Source: Steroidobacteraceae bacterium (GTDB lineage Bacteria > Pseudomonadota > Gammaproteobacteria > Steroidobacterales > Steroidobacteraceae). From it: a stretch of 64,000 bases of DNA. Position 1 is the stretch's first letter. Each line of letters starts with the position of its first letter. The notes under the pieces are model-generated. The model searched no databases and was not told where the DNA came from. It worked only from the letters and a program-made list of their open reading frames with translations. Where the stretch lies: assembly GCA_035252605.1 (NCBI GenBank), contig DATFCZ010000123.1:6632-70631 (forward strand), in the 5' to 3' direction. Shown piece by piece: positions 16,567 through 25,997 of the stretch. The position numbers and the translations under genes were made by a program.

Positions 16567-18723
16567 TTAGGTGAGCATGGCGACGTCGAGCTTGCCGGAG
16601 CGCCGCTCGACGTTGAGACCGACCGTTCCGGAATAGCGGTACAGCGTCAGATCCACCGAGCTCTCGCCCACCTGCAGAGAACGGATGGAGACCCGCTCCA
16701 CGCGCGGCGGCAGCTGCGGATAGCGGAAGGCGATTTGCCCCGCCGCCGCATCGACGGTGAGCCCGAGACAGGCCTGCAACATGGCGAATACGGCCGCGGC
16801 CGACCACGCCTGCGGCGAGCAGGCCACCGGGTAGCTGGTCGGCGCCTTGCCCTCGCGGCGGCGAAAGCCGCAGAAAAGCTCCGGCAGTCGGCCGGACTCG
16901 AAGTAGGTCGAGGCGTCGAGCTGCGCCGACAGAATCCTGACGGCCAGCTCCTTGGCGGAGGAGCCGGCGAGGCCCGCCGCAATCACCGCGTTGTCGTGCG
17001 GCCAGACCGAGCCGTTGTGATAGGCCATTGGGTTGTAGAGAGCCTCGCGGTCGGCAACCGTGCGCACGCCCCAGCCGGTGAAGAAAGTGTCCTGTCCCAG
17101 CATCCGCGCAATCGACTCGGCATGCTCCGGCGCAGCGATGCCGGAGAAGAGACAGTGTCCCGCGTTCGAGGCCCGCACCCGGCAGGGCTCCTTGTAACCA
17201 TCGAGCGCGAGCGCATACAGCCCGAGCTCCGGACACCAGAAGCGGGCGCGAAATCGCTCCCGAAGCGAGTGTGCCTGCTCGCGCAGAGTCCTTGCCATGT
17301 CGTCATGCCCCAGCGCCTGAGCGAGGGCCGCCGCTGCCAGGCGCGCGGCATACGTGTAGGCCTGCACCTCGCAGAGCGCGATCGGCCCTTCCGCCAGACG
17401 CCCGTCGGCGTGGAACACGGAGTCGTTCGAGTCCTTCCAGCCCTGCTGCGCGAGCCCGTGGGGCGAGCGGCGCTGGTACTCGATGAAGCCGTCGCCGTCC
17501 CGATCGCCATAACGATCGATCCAACCGAGGGCCGCGCCTATGTTGGGCCAGATCGTCTCGATGAAGGCGAGGTCGTCGGTGCGCCGCCAGTACTCTCCGG
17601 CCAACAGCACGTAAAGCGATGTCGCATCGATGCTGCCGTAATAGCGGCCGAACGGCACTTCCCCGAGCGCCGCCATCTCGCCGCGGCGCGCCTCGTGCAG
17701 GATCTTGCCGGGCTCGGCGTCATGCTCCGGCTGATCCCGGGTCGCCTGCGTCGCCGCCAGGAATGAAAGCACGCCGCGGGAGATCTGCGGCGCCAGCCAC
17801 AAACACTCGAGTGCCGTGATGATGCCGTCACGGCCGAAGGTGGTATCGAACCACGGCACGCCCGCGTACGGATAAAGTCCGGAGCTCGTCTCCGTGAGCA
17901 ACATGTTGAGATCGGCGGCGGAGCGGGTCATCCAGGCGTTCATCTGGTCATTGGAGGTCTCGATGCCGCAGACGAGCCGCGCGCCGCTCGCCCGCGACTG
18001 CTCCGCGCGGACCACGGCCGCCGGGAAGCTCATGGCGGCCGGGCGCTCGCCATCGATCGCGCAGGTGACCTTCACCTCGAACACCTGCTCCGAGCGCCCC
18101 TCCAGGCGCGCGCCGAGCTGCAGCTCCCCGCCCGAAATGCGCCGCGGACGCGGCTGACATTCGATCAGCGTCCGTCGCGCCACGCCGTCGAGCCCCTGGT
18201 AGGCGAGCTCCGCCCGATCCTCCGTCACCCGGGGCTTGCGCAGCTGCCCTCGTTGCCGGCGCTCCTCGCCGCGCACCTCGAAGATGTCGGCGAAATCAGC
18301 CGAGAACTCGAGTGTCAGCGCGATATCGAGCGGCGTGCGCGTGAAATTGCGCACGTGCAGGTGCTCGTAGCAGACGGCCCCCCAGATGAGCTTCGAGCGG
18401 TAGATGTGGAGCGAGCCGCGAGGCAGCATCATGTTGCCGCCGAGATAGATATCGGGATTGGTGAGGTCCACCCCCATCAGCAGATTGTCGCGGCGCACGG
18501 CCGAAGAGAGCAGCAGCGGGCGTCCGCCGACGAGCTTGAGCGCGAGACGCGACAGAAAGCGCGTGCCCTGGTGATAAAGTCCCTCCTCGTGGCGCGCGCC
18601 GGCCGCGATATCGCCGAAGTCGTTGAAAAGGCCGAACGTGTCGCCGTCCTTGAGCACGAACGTGCGCTCCGGCACCGGAACCTCGGGCGCCAGGATGTAG
18701 AACTCGGTTGCCGCCGTGTTCAC
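16567..18723 (-). CDS. Amylo-alpha-1,6-glucosidase / glycogen-debranching-enzyme-like protein (GDE_N_bis + GDE_C)
   Basis: About 718 aa. The GVPWFDTTFGRDGIIT motif and (alpha/alpha)6-barrel-type C-terminal region are typical of the bacterial GDE_C family. Start set at GTG 18723, which forms a GTGA overlap with the upstream glycosyltransferase stop. Confidence 0.8.
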   Translation of the reverse strand: MNTAATEFYILAPEVPVPERTFVLKDGDTFGLFNDFGDIAAGARHEEGLYHQGTRFLSRLALKLVGGRPLLLSSAVRRDNLLMGVDLTNPDIYLGGNMMLPRGSLHIYRSKLIWGAVCYEHLHVRNFTRTPLDIALTLEFSADFADIFEVRGEERRQRGQLRKPRVTEDRAELAYQGLDGVARRTLIECQPRPRRISGGELQLGARLEGRSEQVFEVKVTCAIDGERPAAMSFPAAVVRAEQSRASGARLVCGIETSNDQMNAWMTRSAADLNMLLTETSSGLYPYAGVPWFDTTFGRDGIITALECLWLAPQISRGVLSFLAATQATRDQPEHDAEPGKILHEARRGEMAALGEVPFGRYYGSIDATSLYVLLAGEYWRRTDDLAFIETIWPNIGAALGWIDRYGDRDGDGFIEYQRRSPHGLAQQGWKDSNDSVFHADGRLAEGPIALCEVQAYTYAARLAAAALAQALGHDDMARTLREQAHSLRERFRARFWCPELGLYALALDGYKEPCRVRASNAGHCLFSGIAAPEHAESIARMLGQDTFFTGWGVRTVADREALYNPMAYHNGSVWPHDNAVIAAGLAGSSAKELAVRILSAQLDASTYFESGRLPELFCGFRRREGKAPTSYPVACSPQAWSAAAVFAMLQACLGLTVDAAAGQIAFRYPQLPPRVERVSIRSLQVGESSVDLTLYRYSGTVGLNVERRSGKLDVAMLT

Positions 18724-19817
18724 GCTCTCTGCCGACACCAGCGCGCCTCGCAATTGCGATAGATGGAGCAGTACTCGCGCGCCATGCGCGCGGCGCTGAA
18801 GCGGCGCTCGAACTGTTGCCGACATCTCCTGCGGTCGAGCTGCCGCGCCTGCTCGATGCAGGCGACCGCCTCGTCGACGCTCGATACGACGAAGCCGGTG
18901 ATCCCCGGGTCCACGACTTCCGCAACCGAGCCCCGGTCGAATGCTATCACGGGCGTGCCGCAGGCCATTGCCTCGATCATCGCGAGACCGAAGGGCTCCG
19001 GCCAGTCGATGGGAAAGAGCAGGGCGAGCGCGCCACGAAGCAGCTCCGACTTGGCGCTCTCGTCGATCTCACCCAGGTACTCGACACCGGGAGCGGCAAG
19101 CAGCGGCCTGATCTTTAGGGCAAAATAGTCCCGATCCGAGACGTCGATCTTGGCCGCGATCTTGAGCGGCAGACCCGCGCGCTGCGCGATGGCGATGGCG
19201 CGGTCCAACCGCTTCTCGGGCGAGATGCGCCCGAGGAACACGAGGTAGTTTCCCGCGTCATAGTTCGGACGGTGCAGCTCGAGGGGCAGACCATGATGGA
19301 CCGTTCCCGCCCAGCTCGCCCAGGGAATCGGCGCGCGCTGGGAATCGGAGATCGATACCAGCGGCAGCTCCGGGAACTCGCCGTGAAGGCAGGCGAGCGC
19401 GGCGATGTCGAGTCGACCGTGCAGAGTCGTGACGACCGGTACCGCGCAACGTCTGGCGAGCGGGAGATGAACACTGTCGATATGGCAATGGATGACGTCA
19501 AAAAGGTCGGCGCGCCCGAACACCGTCTCAACGAGCAGCGCATGCAGCGCGACGGCGGCCGTTGGCTCGCGCTCGAGGCGCACTGCGCGGTCGCAGACCG
19601 GCACGAGCTCGGCGGAAGTGCGCGAGTCCCCGCTTGCAAAGAGCGTCACCCGATGTCCCTGCCGCACCAGCTCCTCGGTGAGATACGACACCACGCGCTC
19701 GGTGCCGCCGTAGAGCTTTGGAGGAACACTTTCGTACAGCGGCGCCACCTGAGCGATGCGCAAGCTCGTGTTCCGTGCACACATCGCCGCTGGTACAGCA
19801 AACCGTATTCCCGTCAC
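18720..19817 (-). CDS. Glycosyltransferase family 4 (GT-B, GT1 domain)
   Basis: RIAQVAPLYESVPPKLYGGTERVVSYLTEELVRQGHRVTLFASGDS N-terminal GT4 pattern and C-terminal EPFGLAMIEAMACGTPVIA motif. Alternative start at 19784. Confidence 0.85.
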   Translation of the reverse strand: MTGIRFAVPAAMCARNTSLRIAQVAPLYESVPPKLYGGTERVVSYLTEELVRQGHRVTLFASGDSRTSAELVPVCDRAVRLEREPTAAVALHALLVETVFGRADLFDVIHCHIDSVHLPLARRCAVPVVTTLHGRLDIAALACLHGEFPELPLVSISDSQRAPIPWASWAGTVHHGLPLELHRPNYDAGNYLVFLGRISPEKRLDRAIAIAQRAGLPLKIAAKIDVSDRDYFALKIRPLLAAPGVEYLGEIDESAKSELLRGALALLFPIDWPEPFGLAMIEAMACGTPVIAFDRGSVAEVVDPGITGFVVSSVDEAVACIEQARQLDRRRCRQQFERRFSAARMAREYCSIYRNCEARWCRQRA

Positions 19818-19915
19818 GCGCGTCTCTCATTCTCGTGATCGGTCCTGCGCAACCGCCCGTCTCGCCCGAACCGGCGCCGGGCTCTCGGTCCGCGGCCCTG
19901 GCGCCGCGGCGCCTC

Positions 19916-21175
19916 ATGGTGTCAGGAGCCGAGGCGGTGCGCGCCGCGACCTTCGCCAATGGCATGCGCGTGATCGTCTGGCCGGTACATAACATCCCGA
20001 ACGTCGCGCTCTACAACTGGGTGCGGGCCGGCAGCCGCAACGAGGCGCCGGGCGCCACCGGGCTCGCTCATTTCTTCGAGCACATGATGTTCAACGGCAC
20101 CAGCCGTCATCCGCCGGGGGATTTCGACCGGCTGATGGAAGCCGAGGGCGGAGCCAACAACGCCTTCACCAGCGACGACGTCACGGTCTACCAGGACTGG
20201 TTCCCGCAGGGCGCTCTCGAGCTCGTGCTCGATCTGGAGGCGGATCGGGTGGCGCACCTTGCCTTCACGCCGGAGGTGATCGAGAACGAGCGCGGGGTCG
20301 TGGCTTCCGAGCGGCGATTGCGCGTCGAGGACAACAGTCAGGGACTGCTCGCCGAGCAGGTGCAGGCCACCGCTTTTGTCGCGCATCCCTACCGCTTTCC
20401 GACCATCGGCTGGCCGGCGGACATCCGCTCGTGGCGGCTCGAGGACCTGCAGGGCTTCTACCGCACGTACTACGCTCCCAACAATCTGACACTGGTGCTG
20501 GCGGGGGACGTGGACCCGGAGCGGGCCATCGCCCTCGCGCGGCGCTACTTCGAGCCCATCGCCGCGCAGCCGCCGCCGCCGCCCGTGCGAGCCATCGAGC
20601 CCGAGCAGCTCTGCGAGCGCCGCGTGTTGATCCGGCGCAAGGCACAGACGCCGATTCTGCAGTGTGCCTACAAGGCGCCGCGGGCCGCCGACCCGCGCGG
20701 TCCCGCGGTGAGCCTGTTGCTCTGCGCGCTGGTGGAGGGTGACGCCTCGAGGCTCCATCGCTCGCTGGTGGAGGACCGGCAGCTGGCCATCGAGGTGAGC
20801 GGGCACTGGCAGGAGGGGTTCGATCCGGGGCTGCTGTGGCTCTCAATCATGCTGCCGCAGGACGCCGATCCCGAGGAGGCGCGCGAAGCGCTCGATGCCG
20901 AGCTGACGGCGGTAGCGGCGGATGGTCTCACCGAGGCAGAGCTCGAGCGGGCGCGCAATCTCGCGGCCGTCGGTCTGTGGAAGAAGCTCGCCACCATCGA
21001 CGGCAAGGCGCAGCTTCTCGGTGAGTACGAGGTGTTTCACGGTGATTGGTCGGCGTTGTTCGAGGCGCCGGCGCGGATTGCAGCGGTTTGCGCCGAGGAG
21101 CTGCGCAGCGTCGCGAAGGAGATCCTCGACAGCCGCCGGCGGACGCTCGGCGTGCTCACGAGCGCCGGCTCATGA
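19916..21175 (+). CDS. M16 family zinc peptidase (insulinase-like, catalytic subunit)
   Basis: Inverted zinc motif HFFEHMMFNGT (HxxEH). Start trimmed to ATG 19916. Confidence 0.85.
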   Translation: MVSGAEAVRAATFANGMRVIVWPVHNIPNVALYNWVRAGSRNEAPGATGLAHFFEHMMFNGTSRHPPGDFDRLMEAEGGANNAFTSDDVTVYQDWFPQGALELVLDLEADRVAHLAFTPEVIENERGVVASERRLRVEDNSQGLLAEQVQATAFVAHPYRFPTIGWPADIRSWRLEDLQGFYRTYYAPNNLTLVLAGDVDPERAIALARRYFEPIAAQPPPPPVRAIEPEQLCERRVLIRRKAQTPILQCAYKAPRAADPRGPAVSLLLCALVEGDASRLHRSLVEDRQLAIEVSGHWQEGFDPGLLWLSIMLPQDADPEEAREALDAELTAVAADGLTEAELERARNLAAVGLWKKLATIDGKAQLLGEYEVFHGDWSALFEAPARIAAVCAEELRSVAKEILDSRRRTLGVLTSAGS

Positions 21176-22515
21176 TGGTGCGGGTGCCGCAGCACGAGCG
21201 GCTCTCCCTCGGCAACGGCGTCGCGCTCATTCTGGTGCCGCGCCGCGAGGTTCCGCTGGTGGCGTTCAACGCCGTGCTGCGCGGTGGCGCCCTCGGTGAT
21301 CCCCCCTCGCGGCCCGGCGTCGCTTCCCTGGTGGCGGGGCTGTTGGAAAAGGGCGCCGGCGAGCGCAGCGCCTACGCGTTCGCCGATATCGTCGAAGGAG
21401 TGGGCGGCAGTTTCGGCGCCGGCGCCGGGGCGGAGGCGATCAGCGTGCGCGGACAGTTCCTCGCGCGCGATCAACGGCTGATGCTCGAGCTGCTGGCTGA
21501 TGCGCTGTTGCGGCCCGCCTTGGACGGGGGAGAGCTCGAGGATCTCGCGGCCCGCCACATCGAGCTCATCAAGGCGGCCAAGGACTCCGATCCGGCGGAG
21601 CTGATCGATACTTACGGCCGCGCTTTCCTGTTCGCCGACCATCCGTACGCTCGGCCGGTATTTGGCAGCGAGGCGTCGCTCGCTGCGATCGAGCGCCAAG
21701 ACGTGTTGCGCTACTACGATGAGCAGTTCGGCGCCGAGCGGCTGATCCTCGTACTGGCGGGCGACATCGATGCGGATCTGCTCGCCCGCGGCGCCGCGGA
21801 GAGCTTCTCCCGCTGGCCGCGCACGGTCGCCCCTGTCCCCGCCCCGGCGCCGGCGCGCGCGCTTGCCGGCAGGCGAGTGTTGCTGGTCGACTTTCCCGGC
21901 TCGGCGCAAACCTACTTCTGGGTCGGCAACGTGGGGGTCGACAAGCGCTACCCTCGGCGGGCGGCGCTCGATCTGGTCAACACGCTCTTCGGCGGCCGCT
22001 TCACCTCCCTGCTCAACACGGAATTGCGGATCAAATCCGGCCTCTCCTATGGAGCGCGCTCGAGCTTCACGCGCGGCAGCGCTCCCGGAGAGTTCTCGCT
22101 GCGCTCCTTCGCGCAGACCGAGAACACCGGCAGGGCGCTCGAGCTGTCGCTGCGCACGCTCGATCGGCTGCGCAGCGAGGGCCTCAGGCGGGAAATGCTC
22201 GATTCCGCGCGCGCGTACATCCTCGGGCAGTATCCGCTCGGGCTCGAAACCGACGCGGACTGGGCGGGCGCATTGGCCGAGATCGAGCTCTACGGGCTCG
22301 GCAAGAGCTACATCGACGATTATCCCGCCCAGCTCGCCGCGGTCGGCGTGGAGGAAGCGCAGGCGGTGATCGAGGAAGCGTTCCCGAGAGCCGACTCGGT
22401 GGCGATCGTCGCGATCGGAGACGCGGCGCGGATCAGGAGTGAAGTTACCGGCTTCGGGCCGCTGTCGGAAATGGCGTTGACCGATCCGGAATTTTTCCCG
22501 CCGAAGGTCGTATAG
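21172..22515 (+). CDS. M16 family peptidase, non-catalytic partner subunit
   Basis: M16 fold without HxxEH. ATGA overlap with the preceding M16 gene (start ATG 21172). Confidence 0.8.
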   Translation: MMVRVPQHERLSLGNGVALILVPRREVPLVAFNAVLRGGALGDPPSRPGVASLVAGLLEKGAGERSAYAFADIVEGVGGSFGAGAGAEAISVRGQFLARDQRLMLELLADALLRPALDGGELEDLAARHIELIKAAKDSDPAELIDTYGRAFLFADHPYARPVFGSEASLAAIERQDVLRYYDEQFGAERLILVLAGDIDADLLARGAAESFSRWPRTVAPVPAPAPARALAGRRVLLVDFPGSAQTYFWVGNVGVDKRYPRRAALDLVNTLFGGRFTSLLNTELRIKSGLSYGARSSFTRGSAPGEFSLRSFAQTENTGRALELSLRTLDRLRSEGLRREMLDSARAYILGQYPLGLETDADWAGALAEIELYGLGKSYIDDYPAQLAAVGVEEAQAVIEEAFPRADSVAIVAIGDAARIRSEVTGFGPLSEMALTDPEFFPPKVV

Positions 22516-22520
22516 GACGA

Positions 22521-22976
22521 TCAGGCCAGGGCGCGGTCGAGCCAACGCGAGAGGGTGGCGGCGTCCACCGCGCCGGACTGGCGCGCGAGCTCGCGCCCTT
22601 CGCGAAAGAGTATCAGTGTCGGAATGCTGCGAATGCCGAAGCGCGCGGCGAGCTGCGGCTGCTCCTCGGTGTTGACTTTGGCCACGCGAAGCCCGGTCGC
22701 GCGCTCAGCCGCCGTGCGCTCGAGCACCGGCGCCATCATCCGGCACGGTCCGCACCAGGGCGCCCAGAAGTCGACCAGCGCCGGGAGCGTCGCCCGCTCG
22801 ACATGCGCGGCAAAAGCGCCGCCGTCCAACTCGACCGGCTCGCCGGTGAGGACCTGCGCCTTGCAGCGCGGGCACTTCGGATGCTCGCCGGCTCGCGCCT
22901 CGGGAAGCCGCACCAGGGACTGGCAATGCGGGCAGGCCACGAGCAGCGTGCCGGTGACGGAGGTTTCGGCGCTCAT
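22521..22976 (-). CDS. trxC: Thioredoxin 2 (zinc-finger thioredoxin)
   Basis: N-terminal CPHCQ...CPRCK zinc-binding extension plus WAPWCGPCR active site. Start trimmed to ATG 22976. Confidence 0.85.
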   Translation of the reverse strand: MSAETSVTGTLLVACPHCQSLVRLPEARAGEHPKCPRCKAQVLTGEPVELDGGAFAAHVERATLPALVDFWAPWCGPCRMMAPVLERTAAERATGLRVAKVNTEEQPQLAARFGIRSIPTLILFREGRELARQSGAVDAATLSRWLDRALA

Positions 22977-23095
22977 GGGCCGCTGCATGGGGCCGCGCCG
23001 GCGCAAATCAAGCGCCGGGGGCTTGGCTTCGCGCGCCCCGCCCCCATGTCACGGCTCACCGCCTGCCCAACTTTTGCGCGAGGCCCGCATCGCTC

Positions 23096-24070
23096 ATGGA
23101 ATACCGGGATTACTACCAGATTCTGGGCGTCGCCCGGACCGCCACGGCCGAGGACATCAAGAAGTCCTACCGCCGCCTGGCGCGCAAGTACCATCCCGAT
23201 GTCAGCAAGGAGAAGGACGCCGAGCAGAAGTTCAAGGAGGTCCAGGAAGCCTACGAGGTGCTCAAGGACCCGGAGAAGCGCGCCGCCTACGATCAGCTCG
23301 GCAGCGAGTGGCGCGCAGGACAGCAATTCCGGCCGCCGCCGGACTGGGCGAGCGGCTTCGAGTTCAGCGGCGGTGCGCGCTCCCGAGGCGCCGGCGGCGC
23401 GTCTTTCCACGAGCAGGGGTTCGAGGATCAGGGCTTCAGCGACTTCTTCTCGTCGCTGTTCGGCGGCGGCGGACCCTTTCGCGCCGGCGCGCGCAGCCGC
23501 GCCGGCAGGGACCACCATGCGCGCATCGATATCGACCTCGAAGAAGCCTTTCGGGGAACGACGCGCACCCTCGAGCTCAAGCGACCGGAGCTCAAGCCCG
23601 ACGGAACTCTGGAGCTGCGCTCGCATCAAGTGCGGGTGAGCATTCCCGCGGGAGTGACCGACGGCCAGCCGATCCGCCTTGCCGGCCAGGGTGAGCCCGC
23701 CGCCGGCGGTCGCGCCGGTGACCTTTATCTGGAGGTGCACCTTCGGCCCCACCGGCTCTATCAGGTGGAGGGCCGCGACGTGACACTCACTCTGCCGCTT
23801 GCGCCCTGGGAAGCGGCGCTCGGGAGTTCCATCACGGTACCGACCCTCGGCGGCCCGGTCGACATGCAGGTGCCCGCCGGTGCTCAATCGGGCCAGAAGC
23901 TGCGCCTGCGGGGGCGCGGGCTTCCGGGCAAACCGCCGGGCGATGAGTACGTGCAGCTCAAGGTCGTCCTCCCTCCCGCCAACTCCCCGGAGGCGCGGGC
24001 GTTGTACGAGGAGATGCGCGCGAAGCTCGGGAGCTACGACCCGCGCGCCGATCTGCAGGTCAAAGATTGA
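23096..24070 (+). CDS. cbpA: Curved-DNA-binding DnaJ-like co-chaperone
   Basis: J-domain DYYQILGV...KYHPDV, a G/F-like region, DnaJ C-terminal domains, and no zinc-finger domain. Followed by cbpM. Confidence 0.85.
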   Translation: MEYRDYYQILGVARTATAEDIKKSYRRLARKYHPDVSKEKDAEQKFKEVQEAYEVLKDPEKRAAYDQLGSEWRAGQQFRPPPDWASGFEFSGGARSRGAGGASFHEQGFEDQGFSDFFSSLFGGGGPFRAGARSRAGRDHHARIDIDLEEAFRGTTRTLELKRPELKPDGTLELRSHQVRVSIPAGVTDGQPIRLAGQGEPAAGGRAGDLYLEVHLRPHRLYQVEGRDVTLTLPLAPWEAALGSSITVPTLGGPVDMQVPAGAQSGQKLRLRGRGLPGKPPGDEYVQLKVVLPPANSPEARALYEEMRAKLGSYDPRADLQVKD

Positions 24071-24083
24071 GGAGGCGACGCGT

Positions 24084-24407
24084 GTGACCGATGCCGTGGA
24101 GATGCATGAGGCGAAGCTCGTGGGCGAGGCCGACTGGCTCGCGGCGAGCGAGATCTGCCGGCTCTGCCGGCTGGAGCTCGGGGTCGTGATCGAGCTGGCC
24201 GAGCTCGGCGTGATCTCACCGCGAGGCTATGCGCCCGAGCAATGGCAGCTTCCGGCCGCCGCGCTGCCGCGCCTGGCAGTCGCCGGCAGACTCATGCGCG
24301 ATCTCGGGATCAACGTCAGCGGCGCGGCCCTCGCGCTCGAGCTGTTGGAAGCGCAGCGCGATCTCGAGCGGCAGATCCGCCGATTGGAGCGGCTGGTCCA
24401 CGGATGA
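24084..24407 (+). CDS. cbpM: Chaperone modulatory protein CbpM (MerR-like fold)
   Basis: 107 aa. GTG 24084 lies 8 nt after GGAGG (24071-24075). Position directly after cbpA and MerR-like helix pattern. Confidence 0.7.
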   Translation: MTDAVEMHEAKLVGEADWLAASEICRLCRLELGVVIELAELGVISPRGYAPEQWQLPAAALPRLAVAGRLMRDLGINVSGAALALELLEAQRDLERQIRRLERLVHG

Positions 24408-24436
24408 GGGCCGCGGCAGCCGGCGGCGCGATCCTG

Positions 24437-25054
24437 CTACTGGCCGAAGCTCTCGGCGCACTCGCGCAGGTACGCCTCTTCCTCGGCGGTGTTGGCGCGG
24501 CCGAGCGCACGATTGCGATGCGGGAATCGGCCGAAGCGGGCCACGATGGAGCGGTGCAGCTCGGCATACTCGAGCGAGCTCGCGAACACGGCTTTGAGCT
24601 CCGCCGGCGCCTCGTTGAGCAGCCGGCGGTAGGCCGCGACCGACTCATCCTGCGCATCCGGCAGCTCGGCATGCTGCAGCGGCATGTAGAAGAAGATCCT
24701 CTCGAGGGGCGTGAGCGCCGCATCGGCAGCCGACTGCATGCCCGAGAGAGTCAGCGCCAGCGCCGCGCGGTCGCTGGCGAAGGCGCGGCCGGTGCCGCGA
24801 AAGACCTGCCGCGGGAATTGATCCAACAGCAGGATGAGAGACAGGCGCCGCCGCGGGCTATCGGCCCAGGCCGCGAGCTCGCCCGCGGCCGCCCGCTCGA
24901 TGAGCGGCCCGAAGCGCGAGCGGATGAGCTCATCGGCGCGCCGCTGCTCCTCGGGATCTGCGCCGAACCAGAGCGCGAGGCGCGCCTGCACGGCCGCAGC
25001 GGTCAGCGGCAGCTTTCCGAACCAGAACCGGCGCACCTCGAGGGCCTCATCCAT
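24437..25054 (-). CDS. DUF924 family protein
   Basis: 205 aa with N-terminal VRRFWFG and the overall helical pattern typical of DUF924. Confidence 0.7.
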   Translation of the reverse strand: MDEALEVRRFWFGKLPLTAAAVQARLALWFGADPEEQRRADELIRSRFGPLIERAAAGELAAWADSPRRRLSLILLLDQFPRQVFRGTGRAFASDRAALALTLSGMQSAADAALTPLERIFFYMPLQHAELPDAQDESVAAYRRLLNEAPAELKAVFASSLEYAELHRSIVARFGRFPHRNRALGRANTAEEEAYLRECAESFGQ

Positions 25055-25133
25055 CGGCGCAGTTTACCGGCGCGCGTGCCCCGGGACACCGAGCGGCCCT
25101 GAGCCGCTCAGGGACTTGCTCTTGAGCGGGAGC

Positions 25134-25553
25134 TCACTCGCAGAGGCTTTCCAAATACCCCTGGGCGACTCGCGACAGGCGCTTCAGCGCCAGCGCGCGC
25201 GCCCTCGGCGCATCGACGATGTATTCCAGCGGTCCCGAAACCAGCATCTGTCGGATGCGCGGATGCCGTGCCGAAGCCCTCGCCATCTTGTTGAGGACGG
25301 TGAAGCCGCGGTTGATCTTGTCGCGGGAGGCCCGGTTCTGCTCGATGGTTCGAGCCAGGTACTGGCCGAAGCGCGCGTAGAGGAAATAATCATCATTCCC
25401 GACCTGGAAGCGCGCTTCGGCGAAAAAGTCGGGAAAATTCTTCTCGAGATAGGAATTGACGCTGCGAAGAAAGGGCTCACTGAGATCCGCTGACGCGAGT
25501 CCTGGACCCCCGGGAGACGGGTCGCTGTCAGTCGACGCTTGTCTCGTCTTCAT
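25134..25553 (-). CDS. Hypothetical protein (orphan, AT-richer than surroundings)
   Basis: 139 aa from ATG 25553. GGAGG lies about 13 nt upstream on the minus strand. I recognise no family. Codon usage is visibly less GC-biased by eye. Confidence 0.5.
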   Translation of the reverse strand: MKTRQASTDSDPSPGGPGLASADLSEPFLRSVNSYLEKNFPDFFAEARFQVGNDDYFLYARFGQYLARTIEQNRASRDKINRGFTVLNKMARASARHPRIRQMLVSGPLEYIVDAPRARALALKRLSRVAQGYLESLCE

Positions 25554-25707
25554 CTCGCTGGTCACACCTCCGAGGTTGCGGACGGCGCGGATGTTGATCC
25601 AGCCGCTCGCGTATTGCAATAGCCCAGGTCTCGAAAGGAGCGGCGTTCCAACACCCATGGCTGAGCCGCTTGCGGCAGTCGGGCGCCTGCCACGGCAGCG
25701 GCAGGCC

Positions 25708-25735
25708 AAAAAAAAGCCGCCGGGTTACCGGCGGC
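25708..25735 (-). terminator. Rho-independent terminator (minus strand)
   Basis: On the minus strand: GCCGCCGG-TAAC-CCGGCGGC (8-bp stem, 4-nt loop) followed by T8 (plus-strand A-run 25708-25715). Confidence 0.65.
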
Positions 25736-25997
25736 TCAAATCGGAATTCGATGACCCGGTGAGTCGCTGTCAGCTTGCGTCACGGGCATCTATTTGACTC
25801 GGCTGAAACGCTGGGGCTCTCGCCCCGGCCCAATCTCAAAGGCCCGCGTGTCAATACACGCGCTGGATCGTTCCTGACATCCGCTGCAAAAGTTGCGGCT
25901 GCCTTGACCCGTGCCCGCGTCGACTTCCGGATTTCTGCCTTTCGTTATCCTCCGCAATCTTGGCGCGTACGCATCACCTGCGGCTCTCTCCCCAAAA

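Noticed and set aside
16325-16570. 81-aa plus-strand ORF in the bactofilin/glucosidase gap
   Set aside because: It reads through the hairpins and the T8 terminator, has no SD and is Cys/Arg-rich nonsense. The region is better explained as the candidate sRNA.
21037-22545. 502-aa minus-strand ORF
   Set aside because: Antisense to the second M16 peptidase gene, which has a coupled ATGA start and a coherent M16 fold. The antisense translation is R/A/G-rich noise.
25736-25789. 17-codon minus-strand ORF (MPVTQADSDSPGHRIPI) ending at the terminator stem; also the 80-aa plus-strand ORF at 25775-26017
   Set aside because: No convincing SD and no resemblance to known leader or precursor peptides (for example, not PqqA-like). 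The 80-aa ORF is compositionally non-coding.
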